Part shown: one piece after another, positions 9,671 to 18,409 of the stretch
Numbering within the stretch: the stretch's first letter is position 1
How the letters are laid out: each line of letters begins with the position of its first letter
Virus record (IMG/VR): IMGVR_UViG_3300047157_000171
From: a virus
Length of the DNA: 64,000 bases
Reading direction: 5' to 3' (one strand)
Made by a program: the position numbers and the translations under genes
The notes under the pieces: model-generated
What the model saw: only the letters and a program-made list of their open reading frames with translations
Databases searched by the model: none
Told to the model about the DNA's origin: nothing

Positions 9671-10894
9671 TTATTTATTTATTAATTGTTTATAAAATTC
9701 TTTTCTTTTCTCTGTAGTCGTTTTAAGGTGATATTTGTCTTTAACACTCTCATATAATCTCTCACCTAAATCCTCGACTAACGAAGGATTGTTCATTAAT
9801 CTCTTAATGTGTTCAAACCAAAATTTATGATTTTTATTTGAAGAAATCAAAAATGCGGTACCTTTATCGTTAAACTTCCCTCTATCCCAAGCATTAACTA
9901 ATGTTGAGGAATACATACCAAAATCTTGAGAGATTAATGCTTTCTTATAGAAACCCGCTTCAATTATCTTTAACTCTGACTTCATTGAGTTAAATTCGTT
10001 TTCAACTAGTGGAGCCAAAGATACGTCAAATTGAGTATAACCCAACGCGTATTTGTTAATTGGTTCTGTCCATATTCTACGATAGTTTTCGTTAGAATCA
10101 TCATACTCTAAATCTCTGTTGAATTTCAAAAGATGTTCCCTATAATCGTCAGATAAATTTTTAAATTTATTAGTTAGGATTGCTTCATATCCAAACCAAG
10201 AGGTTTCCCATGGTTTAACGGGTCTTTTCTTCTGTCCCTGAGGAGTTTGTTCGATAATGTTACCTCGAGTGTCATAACCACAAAGAACAAACTGATACTT
10301 ATCCTTAAATTGAGATTCCATCTTACCTGACATCCCATCCATAAGTTTAATGTCTTCACCGTGAGAAGAACCACCTAACCACCCAATTCTAAGTTTATCG
10401 GTTTTTTTAGTCTCACCTTTAAACTGTTTTTCTTCAGGGTCGATAGCATTTTCAATTACTATGACATTTTTAATACCAACACTTTTTAGTTTAGATGCGA
10501 AGATAGGTGTGGTTGTTGTTACATAATCCACAGACCTTAATAACGATAACTGATTTTTAGAATATCCGTTATCTTTATATGACTTCTGTAATGGATGGCC
10601 ATTAGGTAATAACCAATAATCATCAACGTCCATAACCACCTTAGAACCTCCTTTTTGGATTTCTTTAATCTTACTTACTTGCCATTCAGTATCTTTACCT
10701 CTGACCAGACGTTTATGGAAATGTATGATGTGATAATCATTGAAATTAACATTCTCCACGTTATCAAAAACAATGTCAACAAAGAACTCGTCTGAGTAAT
10801 GGTTGTTTAAGTAAATGTGTGGGTCTAATGAACGATATTTACCAATACCTGAAGTGTCGGATGGTAATACCAATATTTTAATAAGCTCTGACAT
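9671..10894 (-). CDS. glycosyltransferase, GT-B (GT4-like)
   Basis: 'SGIGKYRS..P', 'MDVDDYW..P..HP', 'IGWLGGSSH..D', 'DVSLAPL..NEFN..KSELKIIEAG'. Confidence 0.85.
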   Translation of the reverse strand: MSELIKILVLPSDTSGIGKYRSLDPHIYLNNHYSDEFFVDIVFDNVENVNFNDYHIIHFHKRLVRGKDTEWQVSKIKEIQKGGSKVVMDVDDYWLLPNGHPLQKSYKDNGYSKNQLSLLRSVDYVTTTTPIFASKLKSVGIKNVIVIENAIDPEEKQFKGETKKTDKLRIGWLGGSSHGEDIKLMDGMSGKMESQFKDKYQFVLCGYDTRGNIIEQTPQGQKKRPVKPWETSWFGYEAILTNKFKNLSDDYREHLLKFNRDLEYDDSNENYRRIWTEPINKYALGYTQFDVSLAPLVENEFNSMKSELKIIEAGFYKKALISQDFGMYSSTLVNAWDRGKFNDKGTAFLISSNKNHKFWFEHIKRLMNNPSLVEDLGERLYESVKDKYHLKTTTEKRKEFYKQLINK

Positions 10895-10913
10895 AAATTA
10901 TAATTTAACTACT

Positions 10914-10945
10914 TAAATGTAGTTAAACCATAATAATAAGTCAAA
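10914..10945 (-). promoter_or_regulatory. Bacteroidota-type promoter variant (TTTG-N20-TACATTTA) for the GT/nucleotide-metabolism operon
   Basis: On the minus strand TTTG is at 10945-10942 and TACATTTA at 10921-10914, with a 20-nt spacer; one mismatch to TAnnTTTG. Confidence 0.55.
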
Positions 10946-10948
10946 AGA

Positions 10949-11554
10949 TTACTTAACGTTTCTAACGTCTGTTATTTTTCCTATGAACATAGAGTCACCA
11001 ACTCTAATTTGTAGATTCTCACTAATTTCTTTATTAGACTCCATTAACTTATTTAACTTAGATTCTACGATATCATCTAAAGTCTCTGTAATGGCTTCTT
11101 TAATGAAACTCTTTAACTCTTCATTTAAGTTAAGTGAAGTAGTTTGTCTTTGTATTGGTTGTGTTGGTTGAGGTATTTTTTGTGCTCCTGAAGTGAACTT
11201 AGATTGTTCCTCCATTTTCTTAGCAACCTCATCTATAAAATCAGACGATAAGTTATTTTCAAAATTAACGGTAGGAATTGGATTCTCTAACATTAATTGT
11301 TTGATGTTGTCAGGTAAGTTTGAACCTTTAATTTTATCTTCTGACATATTACTTTTAACATCTCTTTGTGTTCTGTTAGAACTAACCGGTGTTTGTTGAG
11401 GAGATGGTTGTTGAGGAGAGGATTGTAAATTGTTTGTGTCCTGAGATAACATAGACGCATCAACATTACCTGTTGTGTACGATTTATTATCAACCTTAGA
11501 CATAACTTGTTTAGCTGCTAATAATGAGTTTTGTAACTTTTCGAATCCTTCCAT
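10949..11554 (-). CDS. hypothetical protein (likely start MEGFEKLQ at 11554)
   Basis: The ORF-track N-terminus overlaps the WYL gene; a TATTTACT motif variant lies at 11568-11575, just upstream of the internal ATG. Confidence 0.7.
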   Translation of the reverse strand: MEGFEKLQNSLLAAKQVMSKVDNKSYTTGNVDASMLSQDTNNLQSSPQQPSPQQTPVSSNRTQRDVKSNMSEDKIKGSNLPDNIKQLMLENPIPTVNFENNLSSDFIDEVAKKMEEQSKFTSGAQKIPQPTQPIQRQTTSLNLNEELKSFIKEAITETLDDIVESKLNKLMESNKEISENLQIRVGDSMFIGKITDVRNVK

Positions 11555-11591
11555 AATACTATTTTTTAGTAAATATAAGTAACTTTTGTAA

Positions 11592-11969
11592 TTAGTCAAA
11601 CTTTGCAATCTCAAAAACTTGAGACATGTGCTTATCCCCTTTTGGGTTAAAATACGGTCTAGGCGTTTCAAAAGTGTCGTTAGTTGGTGAACTATTAGTT
11701 ATTTTATCTAATCTAAATAATCTCCACCCTGGTTGGTTTTCAGGGGTATCACTCGACCCTCTAACTTGCCAAGCCCTTAATACAACGTTTCCTGATACAT
11801 TATGAGGACCAAAGGCAACAGGTTCGATTTCCCTATAACCTTTATTAATCGTTTGGTCACCTGCGTAAAAAATAGTGATAACTTTTTTGTTACGTATTGC
11901 GTCAGCGATAGTATCACGACTAACGGCCTCTTTAATAATTAAAGATTTAAGTGACTGTATTAGTTTCAT
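11592..11969 (-). CDS. stand-alone WYL-domain protein
   Basis: 'ITIFY......YREIEP....G...LRAW......WRLFRLDKI' is the WYL-domain pattern. Confidence 0.85.
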   Translation of the reverse strand: MKLIQSLKSLIIKEAVSRDTIADAIRNKKVITIFYAGDQTINKGYREIEPVAFGPHNVSGNVVLRAWQVRGSSDTPENQPGWRLFRLDKITNSSPTNDTFETPRPYFNPKGDKHMSQVFEIAKFD

Positions 11970-12355
11970 TAGAAATTAGGATATTCGTTTGATGGTCCAT
12001 ATTGATTAGTCGACGTATTACTACCTCTGGTTAAAATATCAGTGGTCCCACCAATAGTGTTAGTTTGTCCTTTACCAGCCTCATCACCATCTGATAGTGC
12101 GTTAGGATGAGAAGAACCATAAGAGTTAGAATCGTTATATTCGTTACTATTAACTAATGTTTGCCTTGTTAGTATATCAGTCGAACTACCTGTTGTGTTA
12201 GTTAACCCTTTACCAGCTTCGTCACCGTCTGACAGTGCGTTAGGGTGGGTAGAACTATATTCATCACTCTCAGTACCGTCGTAGGTGTTTGAGGTCATCA
12301 AAGCAGTTCTTTGTTGATTTGCGATTTCTGTTAGTTTTTCGTTTGCGTTTGACAT
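11969..12355 (-). CDS. hypothetical protein with internal 46-aa tandem duplication
   Basis: HPNALSDGDEAGKG.TNT.G..TDILTR occurs twice, 138 nt apart. Confidence 0.8.
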   Translation of the reverse strand: MSNANEKLTEIANQQRTALMTSNTYDGTESDEYSSTHPNALSDGDEAGKGLTNTTGSSTDILTRQTLVNSNEYNDSNSYGSSHPNALSDGDEAGKGQTNTIGGTTDILTRGSNTSTNQYGPSNEYPNF

Positions 12356-12366
12356 ATTCTTTTTAT

Positions 12367-12374
12367 TATAAATA
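12367..12374 (-). promoter_or_regulatory. putative late promoter TATTTATA
   Basis: Motif just upstream of 12355; it recurs before structural genes on both strands. Confidence 0.6.
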
Positions 12375-12812
12375 TTACTTAATTAGTTTATGGTATCTTT
12401 TAATACTTTCAGATAACCTACTTACGTCAACAGAAGGTACTTGACCGTTCTTTTCATGTGACTTTCTATACGCATTACTTTTACCCGGTGTTAAATCAGC
12501 AGCTCTTTGTGCGGATTTTTTCTGTTGTTCAATTTCTTTTCTAGCGTTGTCTAATGTATTATTAACCCACTTATACATAACCTCACCACCGTTAAGATTA
12601 AATGAATCAGAATTTTCTTCTTGGTTAATGTTTTTAAAGTCGTATTTTAATCTCTTAAGTTGTTGATATGTCATAACCCTTTCTTCAACCAATCTACGTA
12701 AACGTTTCATTCCTTCACCTTTAACGTGACTCATTTTCTTTAAAGTCTCGTTTAAGTGTTTAACAATGTTGTTCGGTATTTGAAATTCTTTGTTATGTAA
12801 TTTACGATTCAT
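12375..12812 (-). CDS. basic hypothetical protein
   Basis: 145-aa ORF in a late-motif operon; ends in 'LSESIKRYHKLIK'. Confidence 0.7.
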   Translation of the reverse strand: MNRKLHNKEFQIPNNIVKHLNETLKKMSHVKGEGMKRLRRLVEERVMTYQQLKRLKYDFKNINQEENSDSFNLNGGEVMYKWVNNTLDNARKEIEQQKKSAQRAADLTPGKSNAYRKSHEKNGQVPSVDVSRLSESIKRYHKLIK

Positions 12813-12814
12813 TA

Positions 12815-13543
12815 CTACTTAAGTTTGTTAATGATATATTTTTTATCTTCGTCAGATAAATCTATTAAAAATTTTAATTTTCTATCTAATATTGGATTTG
12901 GTTCAGATTCGACATCGTCTTCCTCTTCTATTGTTGGTTCTAAAATGTCTTTAGGTGAATCTTTTTTAGATATTACCGAATCAACATATTCTTCAATCTG
13001 ACCTTTAGTCATCTTTTCGATAAGTCTTACCTTATCTTCTGATGATGGGATATAACCCATTTTTTCTAATCTTTCTTTAGCATCGATTTCCTCGAAGTCT
13101 AATTCGTCCATAAAATACTTTAACGCCTCTTCATAAGATGCGTTCTTACCCATTGTTTCTTCAAACCCTAAGGAATCGTCCATTTCTGACTCACCCCAGT
13201 ATCTTCTCATATAATGTCCTTTTTGGAATGGAGGTTGAGAGGTTGCACTTACTTGCGCATCAGAGGTCTTTCTAGCGGTAACGCTTTTAGCCCTAATATC
13301 TTTAGGTATTTTTGATGTCGGGATTGACCCGTCAAAATCTACAATTTCTTCAATTTCTTCTTCAGTTGCCTTTTCAGGTAACTTTTTGAAGTTTGTATCT
13401 TTAGCAAATTCATCAGCCATTTTACACCATTTCTTCTTTTCTTTTTTTGAAAGTGAATCGTCATTACACTTTGCAAAGAAGAATTTTTGTTGTTTTTTTG
13501 ACTCGAATTTCTCTAATACTATCTGTTTTAATCTTTGGTCCAT
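12815..13543 (-). CDS. hypothetical protein
   Basis: 242-aa ORF preceded by TATTTATA (minus strand, 13561-13568). Confidence 0.75.
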   Translation of the reverse strand: MDQRLKQIVLEKFESKKQQKFFFAKCNDDSLSKKEKKKWCKMADEFAKDTNFKKLPEKATEEEIEEIVDFDGSIPTSKIPKDIRAKSVTARKTSDAQVSATSQPPFQKGHYMRRYWGESEMDDSLGFEETMGKNASYEEALKYFMDELDFEEIDAKERLEKMGYIPSSEDKVRLIEKMTKGQIEEYVDSVISKKDSPKDILEPTIEEEDDVESEPNPILDRKLKFLIDLSDEDKKYIINKLK

Positions 13544-13599
13544 AGATAAAATTCTTTATTTATAAATATCAAACAACTTTAAAGATATTTATTATTATC

Positions 13600-15048
13600 A
13601 TGAGTATAACAAATAAATATCAAAATTCAGGTTCTGAACTAGGAATAAACCTAAATAAAGGGTATTTCTACGATGTTACACCACAAGTAAAAAATATAAC
13701 AAATATGAATTTATTGTATAGTAATCGTCTTTTTGATGATAAATTAGCGATAGATGTAAACCCAAACGATAGGGAAATCCTTTACATTAGTGATACAACT
13801 ATCCCACAATCTATGATGGCAAACTTCGTAGGTAAGGATGGTTTTGATAACAATCTTTTTTATAGATATCACTTTAAACAACCAGGAAAACAAGTTTTTC
13901 AAAATATAATGCCATGTGGATGGACATTTGAAACTGTAATGAACTTCGATAATAAAGATATGACTGATTTTAGTGTGTTTTATTATTTAGGTGTTGGATT
14001 TGAAAAAGAATTGATAGACGGAGAATTGGTGGACACATCAAGAAGTTACAAAAAAGATTATTTACACAACAATATTGCGTTTGGTTTTGATAAGAACAAA
14101 AGTATTGTTGTTCGTTCAGCAAGATACACTGAGGAGTGTTATGGTTGTGATGAAGAAGAAAAGAACTATTCTTCAACTGCATGTGGTGGGGATAGTAGTG
14201 TAACAGTTACTTCAGGTAATTTAGTTACGGGTTCTACGTTATACGAACATTCGTTTGATAAAGCGATATGTAGTGATGATAATACTAACTTTTTAGTTAC
14301 TGTTAAGTTTGAGAGAGACTCGAGTATCATTAATAATATGTGTACAGAATTAGGGACTAAGTTTGTAGAATCAGAATCAGAACGAATTGGTACTTTAAAG
14401 GTCTACGTTAATGGGTTATTATATGGTTCAATATATGGTTTTGAAGATATTGTTACTCGTAGAGCTAGTTTACCTGTTCATGAATTTGTACAGGGTTGGG
14501 GTTTTTCAGATAACTTCTTTATTAGTGAAGATTATAATATGTTTGGAACATTTGAAGGTAAACAACCAAGAGGTAGATTTCACTCAAACCCATTGTCTTT
14601 ATCTGAAATAAGACACAATTACAAACAATTAAAGGATTGTTATGACATTATTGGTTGTTTTGATTTAAACTGTGGTCCTACGTTCCCTGAAAAGGTGATT
14701 GAAGAGTGTCCAAATAGTAAAACTGATGAGACTACGCCAATATCGACTACAACAACAACTGAAGAAATAACAACAACAACGTCTACAATGGAAGAAGTTA
14801 CCACAACTACGACAAATGTAGACCCAACTGATACAACAGAACCACCCATCTGTAATCCATTTGAGGTGAATGGTTATTACCCATTGTATTTAACACAAGA
14901 CTGTGCTGAACGACACGTTGGTGGTAACGGTCAATTTCATACTCACGATTTTGGAGACCCAATGGTGACATATTATATGCCAAATGGTTTAAATATGGAC
15001 CCTAATAATGGTTTAGTAACAATGTGGCACGGTAACTATACGACTTAG
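13600..15048 (+). CDS. virion-associated beta-sandwich (LamG/ConA-like) protein with Thr-rich linker and His-containing C-terminal domain
   Basis: 'WTFETVMNF', 'LKVYVNG' strands; TTTTT-rich segment at about 14720-14850; late motif at 13586-13593; followed by a BppU-like gene. Confidence 0.5.
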   Translation: MSITNKYQNSGSELGINLNKGYFYDVTPQVKNITNMNLLYSNRLFDDKLAIDVNPNDREILYISDTTIPQSMMANFVGKDGFDNNLFYRYHFKQPGKQVFQNIMPCGWTFETVMNFDNKDMTDFSVFYYLGVGFEKELIDGELVDTSRSYKKDYLHNNIAFGFDKNKSIVVRSARYTEECYGCDEEEKNYSSTACGGDSSVTVTSGNLVTGSTLYEHSFDKAICSDDNTNFLVTVKFERDSSIINNMCTELGTKFVESESERIGTLKVYVNGLLYGSIYGFEDIVTRRASLPVHEFVQGWGFSDNFFISEDYNMFGTFEGKQPRGRFHSNPLSLSEIRHNYKQLKDCYDIIGCFDLNCGPTFPEKVIEECPNSKTDETTPISTTTTTEEITTTTSTMEEVTTTTTNVDPTDTTEPPICNPFEVNGYYPLYLTQDCAERHVGGNGQFHTHDFGDPMVTYYMPNGLNMDPNNGLVTMWHGNYTT

Positions 15049-15072
15049 TAATTAATTAATATATTTAATAAT

Positions 15073-15417
15073 ATGGAACATTTTATAAAACAACATTCAC
15101 AGGAACCAATTTTATCGGTTACGTTATATAACGACGAAAAATTCTTTAAAGAACCTTTTGGTGATAGAATTGAGAATTCTATTATTACTTTTAATATGGT
15201 TGATGAAAAAGGGGCGTATAAAATATTAAACGGTGAGTGTGACTTAATTTTTGAAAATGGTGACTACTCTATCATATATCCTTTTACCAAGTCAGATACT
15301 AAAAAAATTGGGGAATATAAAGGAGAATTTAAAATACAATTCTTAAACGACACGTACAGAGTGTCTACTGAAACCATACTTCCAATAAAAGAAGAATTAA
15401 TCGTCTCAATTATTTGA
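15073..15417 (+). CDS. BppU-like / baseplate-associated Ig-like domain protein
   Basis: 'IKQ.S..P.L...L....ITFNM...YPFT..DT...G.Y.GEF.I.F' pattern. Confidence 0.55.
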   Translation: MEHFIKQHSQEPILSVTLYNDEKFFKEPFGDRIENSIITFNMVDEKGAYKILNGECDLIFENGDYSIIYPFTKSDTKKIGEYKGEFKIQFLNDTYRVSTETILPIKEELIVSII

Positions 15418-15443
15418 TAATTTACCAAGTTTTCGTATCTTTG
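15413..15443 (+). promoter_or_regulatory. Bacteroidota housekeeping-sigma promoter upstream of DNA polymerase
   Basis: TTTG (15413-15416), N19, TATCTTTG (15436-15443): exact match to the TTTG-N19-21-TAnnTTTG consensus. Confidence 0.75.
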
Positions 15444-15485
15444 TTTTGAATGTCAAAGAGTAATCTCACCATTGTGTGAGAGACA

Positions 15486-18356
15486 ATGTCTCAGACGAAA
15501 AACAATATTAAAATGGTAACTACAGAACAAATTGAATCCTTTCTACTAGGAGAAGACGACGAAAAATATATTGTCGCATTAGAGTATGACTACAGAACCG
15601 ACAAGGTATACAAAGTTATTCAAGACCCTGATAAGGGCAAACAAATCAAATCAGATACCTTTACTCCATTCGCTTGGGTTGGCGACCTTAGAGGGAAGAA
15701 CTTCTATAATGGGTCAAAAGCACAACAAAAAGATGCGATGACACATAACGGTATTATGATTGAAACTCTTAATACTATGGGTGACCCGAGAATGGAATCA
15801 GGTCTTAGGTACATCGTAAAATCAACAAAATCTTACTCATCATTAGTAAACTTCTTTAGAAAGGGTGGTTTAGACCCGTGGAGTCGTGATAATTCAGATT
15901 GTATAACAATACTACCACCAGTGGAGATGTATTTGGTACAAAAAGAAAAAAGACTATTTAAAGGGTTTGAAGAATATGACGAACTACACCGTTTTGTTTT
16001 CGATATTGAAACAACGGGTCTATCACCTGAAACGAGTAAAATATTCTTAATAGGGATGAAAGATAACAAAGGTTATCAAAAATCTTTATCCGCAGAGAAC
16101 GAAGAAGAAGAAGCTAAAATCATTGAAGAGTTCTTTGAAGAGATACATAAAATAAAACCAACATTAATTGGTGGGTATAACTCGGCATTTTTCGATTTTC
16201 CATTTATATTACGTAGAGCGGAGATTTTAGGGTTAGATATTAAAAAGATAGCAAGAACCTTACACCCTGAAAAACCATTACGACAAAAAGATTCAATTCT
16301 TAAGTTAGCCAATGAAATGGAGGACTTCACACAAACAATGATGTGGGGGTATAATATTATTGATATCGCACATGCGGTACGTAGGACACAAGCAATTAAT
16401 TCAGACATTAAGAGTTGGGGTCTTAAATACATCACACAATTTATTGGTGCTGAAAAAGAGAATCGTGTATACGTACAGGGGGATAAGATTGGTAAAACCT
16501 ATTTTGATAACGAGCAGTTTTATTACAACCCTAAGTCTGGCGGGTTTAAGAAAATAGGAGACCCTGGTACAGAAAACTTACTACAGAGATTCCCAAATCA
16601 ATTTGAGATTAAGACAGGTAAGAATATCATTGAGATGTATTTGGATGATGACCTTTATGAGACTATGGTTGTCGATGAAGAGTTTAATCAAGCGAACTTT
16701 CTACTATCTAAATTGGTACCGACAACATATGAGAGACTATCGACTATGGGTACTGCGACATTATGGAAGATGATTATGCAGGCTTGGTCATATAAAAATG
16801 GTTTAGCAATTCCATCGAGGGGTGAGAAGAGACCATTTACAGGGGGGTTATCAAGATTACTAGCCGTGGGTTATTCAACCGATGTACTTAAACTCGATTA
16901 CTCGTCACTATATCCGTCAATTCAGTTAGTACACGATGTGTTCCCTAAGTGTGATGTGACAGGTGCGATGAAGATGATGTTAAAATATTTCCGTGATACT
17001 CGTATTAAATACAAAAAGTTAGCAGCAGATTTCTATGTGGAAGACCCTAAATTATCTTCTCAGTATAACCGTAAACAACTACCTATTAAAATTTTCATTA
17101 ACGCATTTTTTGGTTCATTATCAGCACCACACGTATTCCCGTGGGGTGATATGGATATGGGTGAACAGATAACATGTACAGGTAGACAATATCTTAGACA
17201 GATGATTATGTGGTTTATGGAGAGAGATTATAAACCATTAGTAATGGACACAGATGGGGTTAACTTCTCAGTACCTGAGGGTAGAGATGCTCACACATAT
17301 GTCGGTAAAGGATTAAATGGATTAGTTGTTGAGGGTAAAACGTATAGTGGTTCTGAAGCGGATGTTGCTGAGTATAATGACATCTTTATGAGAGACGAAA
17401 TGGGGTTAGATACTGACGGACAATGGCCCGCGACAATTAACTTAGCACGTAAGAATTACGCCCTTTTAACCAACACGGGAAAGGTTAAATTAACGGGTAA
17501 CACTATTAAGTCTAAAAAAATGTCTACATATATTGCAGATTTCTTAGATAAAGGGTTGGCGTTATTATTAGATGGTAAGGGACATGAATTTTTAGAGTAC
17601 TATTATGAGTATGTAACAATTATCTATAACAGACAGATACCACTTTCTAAAATTGCTAATAAAGCACGTGTTAAGCAATCAACCTCAGATTATAAAATAC
17701 ACATACAAAAGAGAACTAAGTCAGGTTCATTAATGTCTAGACAGGCACATATGGAGTTAATTTTAAAACACGAAATTAAAGTAGGTTTAGGTGATACAAT
17801 ATACTACGTTAACAACGGAGCACGTAAATCTCACGGTGACGTACAAAAAGTAAAAGATGTTGTAAAACTTAATTGTTATTTTATTCCTGAAGACGATATT
17901 ACAAAACACCCCGATAAGTTAGGTGAGTACAATATCCCAAGATACTTAGCGGCATTTAACAAACGTATCGAACCACTATTAGTGGTATTCAATACAGAAA
18001 TTAGGGATGAAATATTAGTTGACGACCCTAACGACAGACAATACTTCACACGAGGTCAAACAGAGTTGGTTAGAGGTTATCCTCGTAGAGACGGTGACCA
18101 AGATACGTTAGATGAGGTATTAACACTATCTGATACAGAACTTAAGTTTTGGAAAGATGTAAATATAGACCCATATTATATGTACGTAGACGGTACAATG
18201 TCATTGGTTGATAATAAAAGAATTGAGCATAACCAAGATTTATTAAAAAACTTTGTAGAGGTAGAGAAGAAAGCTTCAATAACCAATAGGGTAATACCAC
18301 AACCTAAACCTTTTGTTAAACCTAAAACGAACCAACAAACGTTTAAATTTAAATAA
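15486..18356 (+). CDS. family B DNA polymerase with 3'-5' exonuclease
   Basis: Exo motifs DIETTGL, YNSAFFDFPFI, YLDDDL; polymerase motifs LDYSSLYPS, KIFINAFFG, DTDG; no intein seen. Confidence 0.95.
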   Translation: MSQTKNNIKMVTTEQIESFLLGEDDEKYIVALEYDYRTDKVYKVIQDPDKGKQIKSDTFTPFAWVGDLRGKNFYNGSKAQQKDAMTHNGIMIETLNTMGDPRMESGLRYIVKSTKSYSSLVNFFRKGGLDPWSRDNSDCITILPPVEMYLVQKEKRLFKGFEEYDELHRFVFDIETTGLSPETSKIFLIGMKDNKGYQKSLSAENEEEEAKIIEEFFEEIHKIKPTLIGGYNSAFFDFPFILRRAEILGLDIKKIARTLHPEKPLRQKDSILKLANEMEDFTQTMMWGYNIIDIAHAVRRTQAINSDIKSWGLKYITQFIGAEKENRVYVQGDKIGKTYFDNEQFYYNPKSGGFKKIGDPGTENLLQRFPNQFEIKTGKNIIEMYLDDDLYETMVVDEEFNQANFLLSKLVPTTYERLSTMGTATLWKMIMQAWSYKNGLAIPSRGEKRPFTGGLSRLLAVGYSTDVLKLDYSSLYPSIQLVHDVFPKCDVTGAMKMMLKYFRDTRIKYKKLAADFYVEDPKLSSQYNRKQLPIKIFINAFFGSLSAPHVFPWGDMDMGEQITCTGRQYLRQMIMWFMERDYKPLVMDTDGVNFSVPEGRDAHTYVGKGLNGLVVEGKTYSGSEADVAEYNDIFMRDEMGLDTDGQWPATINLARKNYALLTNTGKVKLTGNTIKSKKMSTYIADFLDKGLALLLDGKGHEFLEYYYEYVTIIYNRQIPLSKIANKARVKQSTSDYKIHIQKRTKSGSLMSRQAHMELILKHEIKVGLGDTIYYVNNGARKSHGDVQKVKDVVKLNCYFIPEDDITKHPDKLGEYNIPRYLAAFNKRIEPLLVVFNTEIRDEILVDDPNDRQYFTRGQTELVRGYPRRDGDQDTLDEVLTLSDTELKFWKDVNIDPYYMYVDGTMSLVDNKRIEHNQDLLKNFVEVEKKASITNRVIPQPKPFVKPKTNQQTFKFK

Positions 18357-18390
18357 AAAAAGAAACCCATCAATTACGATGGGTTTTTTT
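18355..18390. terminator. bidirectional intrinsic terminator between convergent genes
   Basis: AAACCCATC-aattac-GATGGGTTT hairpin flanked by an A-run and a T-run. Confidence 0.8.
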
Positions 18391-18409
18391 AATTCGATGA
18401 TACTCTAAA

